Made by a program: the position numbers and the translations under genes. From Spirogloea muscicola (taxonomy: Eukaryota), in assembly GCA_009602725.1 (NCBI GenBank), contig WELB01000032.1, positions 1 to 44,512 on the forward strand: a stretch of DNA of 44,512 bases, written 5' to 3'. Below, one piece after another: positions 35,436 to 44,512 of the stretch. The notes under the pieces were generated by a model that did not search any database, was not told where the DNA came from, and saw only the letters and a program-made list of their open reading frames with translations. Position 1 is the stretch's first letter. Every line of letters begins with the position of its first letter.

Positions 35436-38400
35436 CTCCCCCGCCATCCCCGTCTCCCCTCGCTTCTGTCCGGGCCGATTCAGCTCCGGAGCCAATCCCG
35501 GAGGAGCACATATCGCCTCCCGCCCATGAGAAGCAATGAGCACCCGCTCTCCCACCTCCGCCCTTGACATGTGAAGGGCCCACAGAGGTGCACCCGCCCA
35601 TTCCACAGGATACCCAGTCCATCGGGCGCGATGCTGGCTTTGATTTTCCTGTGTGTGCGCCTCCCGTGGCAGAAGGGCCGCAGCTGCAACAACCCGCCGA
35701 GCCGCCGCCCCCACCATCCTCTTCTCCGTCTACACCCGCTCCGCCGTCGTCACCACCCTTACCCTCCCCGCCGCCGCCTTCCCCGCCGCCGTCGCCGACG
35801 CCAGCGTCACCTCCGTCGCCGCCGTGGTCGCCACCGCCTCCCCCGCGCCCACCTCCGCCGAGCCAGCCACCTGCCTCGTCCTCGCCGCCGCTTCCTCCGT
35901 CTGAGCCTCTCCGATGCCGGCACTGTCTGCGCCCCTGGCCATCTCGGCGTGGTCGGACCTTGCATGAGCGCGCCTGCAAGCAGCACGCCAATTGTGCTGC
36001 GCAGACGCGGGCCGCGTCCGCAGCGGGCGGCCGCGGCCGCGGGGGCAGCGAAGGCTGGCGTGTCCCACCAGGGCCGACCCCACCAGGTCCCCACCACTGG
36101 CAATGGGCGGCGGACCTTGACCTGGATGCGGTCCACCGGCAGGGGGCTCTCCCACTCCTGCGCCACGTGCCGCGGTGGGCGCGCCCACACCTGCGCCGCG
36201 CCCTCCGCCCTGTTCTGCAGCGAATTGTGGACGACCACAAGGACTCCGCCGCCTGGAAAGTGTTCATCCTCTTCCCCAGTCTGCTGCTCGGGCGCGCACC
36301 CCCCCCAGGGCCACGGCCAAGGCCGCCAGCTGCTCCTGGACCGCATCTACCTCTTTGAGTGCGGGCGATGGGAGGAGCTTCTGGCGCGGCATGACGCTGC
36401 CGTGGCTGCGGCCACAGCCGGCCGCCGCACTTCGCAGACAGTGCCATCGCCTGACAGGGCGGCCAGTGTCCGCCGCGCTCTCCGGTATGGCCATGCCGGG
36501 GAGCTCTCGAGAGCAGTCATCCAGGCACTGGATGATTCGGTGTTGGCGCCGGCGACTGAGGACACGCAGCAATCCCTCTCGTCCCTCCACCCTCCGGCAC
36601 GCTCTCCCTTGCCTTCGTGGTTGGCTTCCTACGTCCCGCCGGAGGAGGTGGCCCTGGATGCGGCAGCCCTCCGCAAGGCCCTGCAGAGGCCCTGCAGAGC
36701 AGCCGGCGCGCAGCTGCAGGTGGCCCCTCGCGCATGGTTACGGAGCATTTGAGGGAGCTCTTTCTCGAGGGGGACGAGGCGGACTTTCGGGTGCTGCACC
36801 AGGTGTGCCAACATATGGCCCGGGATCACGTCCCTGCCAGCATCCGCGGTGTGCTCTGTGCCAGCACCCTGCTGGCCCTCAGCAAGGTCAATGGTGGCGT
36901 CCGCCCCATTGCCATCGGCGAGGTCCTGTACCGCCTGGTGGGTAGGGCACATTGGCTACAGCACGCCGATGCGGCCCAGACACACCTGGCGCCACACCAG
37001 TATGGCGCAGGCCTGCGGAGCGGCGGCGAGGCGGTTGTCCACGGGGTGCGGGCTTCCCTCGACTTGCACCCCGAGTGGGTCGTGCTGGTGGTGGACGTCC
37101 GCAATGCCTTCAACTGCGTCGACCGCGCCACAGTCGCCGAGGAGCTTCGTGCGGCCTTCCCCTCCCTGCTGCCGTTCTTTCGGCTGGGCTACGGCCAGCC
37201 CAGTGATCTCCTATGGCGGCATGGAGCCAGAGGGGTGGAGGTCCTTCAGTCTTCCACGGGCACGCGTCAGGGGGACCCGCTGGCGGGGTTTTTCTACGCG
37301 CTGGCCCACGACCGCGCCCTGAAGGCCACGGCAGCTGCTCACCCGGGCGTCCTCATGCCCACGTATGCCGATAACACCTCCCTGGTCGGGCAACCAGACG
37401 AGGTCTTGGCTGCCTTCGCCACGCTCGAGGAGCAGCTGAAGGAGATAAGCTTGGACATCCGAGCGTCGAAGTGCAGCGCCTGGTCCCCACAAGGGCTGCC
37501 AGCCCTCCTCCGCCTTCCCTCCTGCTGTCAGACACCCGCCGGGGGCCTCACACTCCTCGGGGTTCCATTGGGCTCACCTGCCTTCGTGGACGAGCAGCTG
37601 CGCAGCAAGCTGCAGGAGCACCTCAAGCCGGCGGCCCGCCTCCCTGAGCTGCACGATATGCAGCTGGGGCTTGCGATGCTGACGCGCAGCATAGCCCACC
37701 GTCCCCTGTACCTGGCTCGAGCCCTTCCCCCCTCCCCGGCGACGCAGGCCGCCTATGCAAGCTTCGATGCAGGTATCCTGGCCAGCACAGCGGCCCTGGT
37801 CCAACACCCGGCCTTCCTACAGACGCCGGCTGCAGTGCACCAGGCCTCCCTGCCTGTGAGCCGAGGGGGTCTGGGCTGCCGTCCGCTGGCTCGTGCCTAA
37901 CGGGCAGCACACCTGGGGAGTTGGGCGCAGGTTGCGGCTTCGGTGGCCCAGCGTTTCATCCGGCATGGGGGTCGCCTCCTGGAGCAGGCGGCCGCGGACG
38001 TCGAGACTGGCACGTTGCCATTCCAGACGGCTCTCCGCTCAGCCCGGGACGAGCTGCTTGCGGATCACCCCGCCCTGGTGCCACGGGCCGTCCCGTTCGC
38101 TCTCCTCGCGCGCACTCTCGACCTGCGGGCCCAAGCTCGCTGCATGGCGGAGGTAGATGCGGCGTCTTTCTCCACGGCGCTGGGGCTTTTGCCTCCAGCC
38201 GACCTCCGGGGGCGCGCGCGACTGCTCTCGGCGTCCTCACCAGGGGCGGCTGCTTGGCTGTCTGCTCTGCCGATCCACGACGCGCTTCGGATGCCAGACG
38301 ACGCATTCCGAACGGCGGTGCACCGCCTACTCGGCCTCCACCCACCATGCCTAGGTGGAGTACAACAATGCGGACGCGGCGTCACTGGCGGCTCATATGC

Positions 38401-39147
38401 TCCAATGCGCACGGGGAGGGGAGCGGACCGGCACACACGACCTGCTCCGGAACGCGATGTTCGGAATATTTGTCGAAGCCGGTTACACTGTGGCGCTGGA
38501 GAACTCTAGCATCATGCCTCTGACTGCTGGGGCGGACGGCCGCCTCCACACCCGGCGCGCCGATCTCGTCGCTAGCGCGCTCGGCGGGGGGCCTCGGCTC
38601 ATTGCCGACGTTGTCACAACAGACTCCTTGGATTCCAGGAGCGCTACATTCGGCGGAGGCGGGCTACGCCGTCCGCCAAGCGGCCGACGCAAAGGAGCGC
38701 AAGTACTCGGATCACCCGGTAGGCGACGAGTTTATCCCACTCGCCGTCGACGTACACGGCGCCTTTGGCGCCAAATGGCTTGACCTACTTCACCGCCTTG
38801 CGCGGCGAGCAGCGGCCCGCCGCCACGGGCAGCAGGGCGAGCAGCCTGGCTTCCATGTCGCCGGGTCCCCTGCCCAAGTCTTCCGGATGCGCCTGGCCGT
38901 CGCTTTGCAGCGGTCCCTAGCTTTTGCGGTCCACTTGCGCGCAGGCCGCGCTCTGGCGGCGGCCTCCGGCTTCTGGCAGGGCGACGTCTTTCCGCCTGCC
39001 AGCTATTGAGATTTGCATCTACTGACGAGGGGTTACTGAGAGTTCGCTTACTGCTGTCTCAGTCCTTAGCACTCCGACTCCTTCAGACCTTGCCCATTCT
39101 TTTGGGCTGGCCTCTCCCAGCCACCAGTTAATCTGGCCGCGCTTGCT
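35436..39147 (+). mobile_element. Near-full-length CRE-clade-like (RLE-type) non-LTR retrotransposon, decayed
   Basis: Single-ORF architecture: Pro-rich region, Zn finger (CRHC..HERAC), RT (GVRPIAIGE, QYGAG, DVRNAFN, GTRQGDPL, YADN, LLGVPLG, GGLG), Zn-knuckle remnant (HMLQC.RGGER..THD) and RLE (RRADLV..IADV..KERKY). Flanked by near-direct repeats TCTATCAGTGCCGTCGC (35419-35435) and TCTATCAGTCCGTGCGC (39148-39164). No LTRs and no poly(A). Confidence 0.92.
35536..39039 (+). pseudogene. Disrupted RT-RLE polyprotein ORF
   Basis: Frameshifts at about 36300 (C run), 36677-36698 (11-bp tandem duplication GGCCCTGCAGA), about 38360 and about 38640. In-frame stops at 37898-37900 and 39007-39009. The catalytic motif reads YADN. 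The start codon is uncertain. Confidence 0.85.
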
Positions 39148-39184
39148 TCTATCAGTCCGTGCGCAAACTGTTATTGGATTGTAT

Positions 39185-40030
39185 GCGGAAGAAAGACTCT
39201 TCCAGTTGAGGGCGATGGCTGTGATTCGCCAGAGAAAAAGAGTGAACAGAGTTCGAAGGAGGTAGAAGAGAAGACGCTTCCAAGAGGTAGACGGGTGGAC
39301 CCGCCTCATCCAGAGAAGTGCTCGCCAAAAGAGGATAGGACTGGGAGAGCCACGAAACCCTAAACCCTAAAGCCACAAGAGGATAGGGGCTGGGAAAGAG
39401 AGAAGCGGCTCTTCCAATGGAGGTAAGGGCTGTGAGAAGCCAGCCCAAAAGAATTGACAAGGTTCGAAGGGGCCAAACTACGAAGGGGCCAGAGGCGCTA
39501 GCTCTAAACTAGGGAAGAATGAATTACTCAATAACGAGTGAGGTGCCTCAAATCCGACAGACTAGCTGGCAAAGGCCAGCCCAAAAAGAATGAGCAAAGT
39601 TCGAAGGGGCCAGGGGAAGCGCTAAGCGGCGGCCTCCGGCTTCCGTCAGGGCGACGTCTTTCCGCCTGCTAGCTACTCAGACTTGCATCTACTGACGAGA
39701 GGTTACTGAGAGTTCGCTTACTGCTGTCTCAGTCCTTAGCACTCCGACTCCTTCAGACATTGTCCATTCTTTTGGGCTGGCCTCTCCCAGCCACCAGTTA
39801 ACCTGGCCGCGCTTGCCCTAACAAGCTAGCACAAAGGTTGGACATGGTCCATGCTTTTTGGCGCGCATTCTTTTTGGGCTGGCTTTGCCAGCCCTTCTTC
39901 TCTATGGGCGAGCACTTTCTTCTAACAAGCTCGCACAAAGGACAAAGGAACTAAAGCAGCTATGAAACACTCGGTAACCCCTGCTAAGCAGCCGCAGGTC
40001 AGAGAAACTGGGCTCCTGGTCGCGCGCGCC
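39185..40030. mobile_element. Right part of the nest: at least 7 short 3' fragments, including a 191-bp near-copy of the element's own 3' end
   Basis: Modules on the - strand at about 39190-39260, 39312-39354, 39372-39400, 39400-39490 and 39520-39612. On the + strand, 39626-39816 (about 10 mismatches vs 38956-39146) and 39838-39921. - strand 39965-40030 encodes PSFSDLRLLSRGY. Confidence 0.85.
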
Positions 40031-40199
40031 ACGCAGAACCTGCCACCCAGCTGCCTTCGTGGCGTGCGAGCAGCTCCAGCCACTGCTTGTGAGTTGCGCA
40101 TGGTGTGCACCCATTGATGCTACGCACGAGGAGACGTCTCCAGTGGGGCGTTGTCGTGTACTCGACTGGTCCACCTTGGCTGCGCGACCAGCCTCGCAG

Positions 40200-43190
40200 C
40201 TTGGCAGGAGCGCTGGCTGCAGTCCCAGGATGCAGAGGGGCGCGCCTCTTCTGACGAGGAACTGGTCGACCTCTCACTGATGCGCCGTTTGCTGTTCCGC
40301 AGGTTCTGTGCAGAGCGGTGACCAACCGGGCTTCGACGCAGCTCGAGTACCTGCACCACGAATACTCGTGTCCTTGCAGCTTTCTGCAAGCACCTCTGTA
40401 ACCAGGTGTGCGCCTCAACTGCTGCTAGGGGCTACTGAAGTTGACATCTGAAATGGCTGGCCAACTGACCTCAGTCTGCTGACTAGGCGCTACTCTTCTC
40501 GCTGAGTCAAGTTGGCCTTCTAAGGCCTTCCTTGGCTGCACGCACTCGCTTGACACTCAGTGAGGCCTTCTGGGCTGGCAAGCCGCAGCCACTCACGATG
40601 GAGTCCCTCATGATGGAGTCCCTCTTCAGAACCACCAAAGCTATTGCTCGCCAAAAGCTCGGCAATAATCTTGCCAAGTCTACAAGCCTCCATCTGCCCA
40701 AGCAAGCGCTGTGTCAGTGCAGTCGTTGATCCCACCCTGCGAGCAGTAGTTTCAGCTTCCGAGGCCTTGCAACAGCCACTGCCCTGTGCGTGCACTGCTG
40801 TTGCCGGGAGGGCCTGGTCATCCATTGTCCACCAAGGGTGGGAGCAGGGTTGCAGCATGAACGGGTATGGCAGCAGCAATGACATCAGCACAATCACCAG
40901 CTTCCGTGTGGGCCCTGCTTGGCGGCTCAGGCTGTGAGGTTACTTGTGTGCACCTGGTCGCAGCGTGCTTCATGCGCAGCATGGAGGGACCGTTAGGTAT
41001 ATGTGGGAGTTGCATTGATGCATTGGAGCCGCTGGCGGGCCACCTAGACGCTCCTGAGATAAGCAGGTGGTGAAAGGCTTGAGGATATACGCTTGAGGCT
41101 GGTCGTTAGGTCCACGGCTGCCAATGGACACAAATATTGAGGTGATTTTCAGGGCAAGTCGAGGCGAACTTATTTCGGCATGAGGGAGTGCAGTTTTGAG
41201 CCATGCTGGCTAGATGGTTGGTTGTCCAGTCAAACCTGCAGCCCACACGGTAGGAGGCTCGTACAGTGTTCGGGGCTGATGATGTGAAGTCCAACAGGAG
41301 GACGCCATTGAGCAGCTCTGGCTCTGACAGGTGAGAAGTGATGGTGCTTGCAAGCTCCAGTGATTGAGTTGCAAATAGCTCTCCTTGCAGGCCGCCGTGA
41401 GGACACATTTTTCATGTGTGACGCTTGCGCTTGCGCAGTGCGCATGATGGCAACTAAACTCGTTGACTGAGCGGCCTATCAGCACGAAGTGCAGCTTACA
41501 GTACTTTCTGTGTCATTGGAATTTGCACTGCTCATGTCTGCCATCACCACCCTCTGACATTCGTTGTGTATTTTTGCAGGAATGTAAGGTGATTTGGATA
41601 TACAGGCAAAGAGAGTTTACAATAGATACAGCGGATGAGGTCTGTACTGCCTGGGCATGGCTTGCCGCAGGTTTCTCAGATTTGTTTGCGCCTGTTGAAC
41701 AAGGTCCAGAGAGCCGGAAAGCGCACCAGAATTCTGAGGATACCTGCTCAGTGACCTGTAGTCAGCAGCCGTACGTCGGAAAAGGTAGCAGCAGGAGTTG
41801 GCCCGCCTCTAGCCTAAGTGTAGCCAGGGCACGATTAGAACGTAGATGCAAGCAAGGCATGTGCCAAGAAATGCTGCAGCCGCCTTCGACACACTAGGGC
41901 CTAAGAGCCCGCAGCATTGCACTCTGCTTGCTCCTGGCCGTGATACTGTCTGTCCCCCAAGCTGGTGGAAGACGTCAAGCCACCAAGCCATTAATGCCCC
42001 GTCAATGTCAATGTTGACGGGAAGAACTTGACTTCTACCAGGTAACCAGCGTACTTAACTTTTTGCCAAGGGCGACGCTGGCGACAGTGTGCCCTGTCTT
42101 ATATGGCGAAAGAACCAGATTGCATCGGTCAAATACATCTGTGGTGACGGCATCCATGATGATGCCGGGCCCACTGTCAGGCGTGATGGCGTGATAATTG
42201 ACAGGGACAGGATAAGAAACCTCTGAGAAGGACTGGATGTTGAAAGTCCAACATTCATCTTATAACCTTGTGCGAAGTCTTCGGTCATGATAATGTCATA
42301 GCAGCTGCCTGTAGATCATACAGTGGTGCAGAGTTCCAGTGAGTGACAAGCCCAAGCCCGTGTCTTCATTGTTACAGTCATTGAGACGACATCCAACTTA
42401 TGAGGGAGGCTTTGACTATAGGAGTTTCAAGAGGTTGCTGCAAAGTGTTCAGTCGTGATGAGGGCATAGCAGCTGCTAGTAGGCCTTACAGTGGTCCATT
42501 GAGCAATAGGATATAACTCAGGTCTGCCTCAACAATGTGGCCTGTGCATGTGGAGGGCTTTGTGACCAGGAGTCTCAAGATTTTCCTCATGACCCCATAT
42601 GTGTTGAGTGTCAATGTTTTGAATCTGAGTTGGACAGAGCTGAGACTGTTTCCATGCTAACAGACTCAAGAATTTGTTGTAATTGTACTGCAGGTCAGCA
42701 ATATGGTCCAGGTCTATGTAATCTTATCATTAATCACTTGTTAAAATGTTACCTGCTCCAATGGACCAGGACACTCATGTAAGTGACAATGTGGGGCTGA
42801 GTAAGCGCATGTCACCTGCACGTGTCCCCTCTTCTAGTAGTATGCATTCCTGTGTAGCACAAAGCAACTGCATCGCAAGCAAGCTTCTGAAGAGATACAC
42901 AGACTTGACAAGTCACATGTGAATCAACTGTAGAGTCGGTCAGATCTGAAATCAATCTGGTCTTGGAAAGTCGTAGATGTGTTGCCTAAGCGCTTATCAA
43001 GCTTTTGGAGGGTGAAATACAGAGTCCATGTCAGGAGCTATCTGCTCTGTCATTAAGAGCAGAGCTCAGAGATGCACAGCTCAAGGGCATGCTTCTGCAT
43101 AGAGCACGTGCAGAACAACATGATGTACAGGTGCTTGCAAAGAGAATTTCTTGCATCAAGCATGTAGCAAAACAACACCCTCCTGCAAGG
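40200..43190 (-). pseudogene. Possible highly degenerate dynein heavy chain-like relic (linker/AAA1 region)
   Basis: Short, splice-bounded peptides show only a weak by-eye resemblance to successive DHC motifs. There is no intact Walker A motif. Confidence 0.2.
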
Positions 43191-43396
43191 TGATACTCTG
43201 AAGCCAGACATGCTTGCACAGGCAAGACTGAGTAGACTGTAATGTCAACGATATGCCCAAATTTTAAGGTACCTGCCACACATCGTGACCGAAGCAAGCT
43301 TCGTCCAGCTTGAGCAACCGCCTTGAACACTTTCAGAGAGAAAGCAGCAGCATGCTTGCATACAGTTGCGCAGTCGCCGCAAGCAGTAGTGTGAAC

Positions 43397-44037
43397 CTAG
43401 GCCTGCTTGTCTGGCTTGGACTCCGACTTTGGAGGTAGCTCAGACTCAAGCTCTCGAGGTTTCCCGGTGTTGGGCCTGCAGCCGTGTGCACAGAGCCATG
43501 GCATGGCCGTCAGCACCGAGCGCACGAGGGCTGCAGCAGCTAGCAGTGCTCCAGCAACCCGTATCCCCATATGTGCGCATGGAAGCACGCGGCTGCTCAC
43601 TGACAGCCCAGCGACATCCTTGTGAGCATTTATCGAGAACAGGCAAGCACAAGGTGCTGCGGGCGCAGGGCTTTCGAGCACGAGCAGCGGCGGAGCCTCC
43701 GGAACCATTTGCCAGAAATGGAGGGTTGCAGGACACCCTCTGAGGCTCAGCCTTGGAGGTTGAGGCGTCCAGAGAGGTAAGCTGTAGACCTTACATGCAA
43801 GCCTCAGCGGCGGCTATGGACTCAGCAACGGAGAGCGGATGAGAAGAGAGGGGCTTCGAGCATGGGAGAGGGGTCGCACTTGTGGGCGCCGCCCGCGGCC
43901 TGCTCCTCCTCCAGCCACGCGCGCAGGTGGCGGACGTTGCGCCGCAGCGTTGCCGCCGTCGCCCGCACGTCGCCGCGCAGCAGCACCACCGCCGCGCCCA
44001 CCGCCGCCGCGGTGAGCAGGAAGTTGGTCAGGGCCAT
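43397..44037 (-). CDS. Small conserved plant protein with an N-terminal hydrophobic segment (about 78 aa), 2 exons
   Basis: Exons 44037-43880 and 43475-43397 give MALTNFLLTAAAVGAAVVLLRGDVRATAATLRRNVRHLRAWLEEE...KPNTGKPRELESELPPKSESKPDKQA*. This resembles a conserved land-plant family (LTNF..TV..V.AV.LL.R.DV....RRNV.HI..WLEEE). Confidence 0.8.
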
Positions 44038-44512
44038 GAGGGCCCCCGCCGCCGCCCCCTCTGTCTACCAGAGCTACCGGCCCGACGCCGCCGCTGCTTC
44101 TCTCAATCCGGCGCAGGCTCCTCCGCCGCGCATGGCGAGCCCGCCGCCTTCTGCCCGGCAGCTGCCGGCTGCCGCCGCGTCTCCCGCCGCTGGCTCCGCC
44201 GCGCTCGCCGGCGCGCGGGATGGGGGGTCAACGTGGGAGTGCGCTTAACCCCTCGGGCTTCAGAACCTCGAAAAGAGACTTCGTGTATTTGAAACAAACG
44301 AAGGCCAAATGGCCAAGTTCAAATGCAAGCACATCCTAAGACCTACATAACCTACAGTAGATTGACCCGCTCAGAAACCACGGGTCAAAACATTAAGGTC
44401 GCTAACCGATGCCTGGATACTAGATGGCAGATACGAAGCCCTTCTGCTACCAACTAGAGCTCGCCCAGCTTTCTGGTGCAAAGCATTAGCCTGAGCACGC
44501 TGCAAACAGGCC

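Noticed and set aside
35284..36447. 387-aa antisense ORF over the element's 5' region
   Set aside because: It is a GC-rich shadow of the Pro-rich sense frame; only its last codons are meaningful, and they belong to an adjacent fragment.
39020..39080. CTGACGA as a possible hammerhead ribozyme core
   Set aside because: There is no correctly placed GAAA or flanking stems, and the sequence is explained as coding (LLTRGY).
35136..39490. Repeats on both sides of the RT read as LTRs or DIRS-type split repeats
   Set aside because: They are antisense to the ORF, lie outside the TSD and occur elsewhere as truncated 3' ends. No integrase, RNase H or tyrosine recombinase is present.
34205..40030. CRISPR-like or retron-like array next to an RT
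   Set aside because: The repeats are irregular in length, spacing and orientation, and the RT is a eukaryotic non-LTR type in a spliced-gene context.

Overview
This is a gene-dense, intron-rich eukaryotic window, most consistent with a streptophyte green alga. That taxon is inferred from plant-type orthologues, plant-type TTTAGGG repeats, a plant-type snRNA promoter and very GC-rich 5' exons. It holds about 11 spliced host genes: HDA2/HDAC11, a SAFE1-like SET protein, an At4g38225-like protein, a DUF1992/DNAJC28-like protein, UVSSA, a GDAP2-like macro/CRAL-TRIO protein, an SDR, two divergent SnRK1-gamma CBS paralogues flanking TIC21/PIC1, and a small conserved plant protein. It also holds a U1 snRNA gene with a duplicated USE. 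The accessory content is a decayed 3.7-kb CRE-clade-like non-LTR retrotransposon (Zn finger, RT, restriction-like endonuclease) with a target-site duplication. It sits in a ~6-kb nest of short 3'-end fragments of related elements, which share a structured, poly(A)-less 3' module. That module also occurs in introns and intergenic DNA elsewhere (about 15 copies in the window). The 40.2-43.2 kb interval may be a very eroded dynein heavy chain relic (low confidence). All gene identities come from recognising protein motifs by eye; no searches were run.
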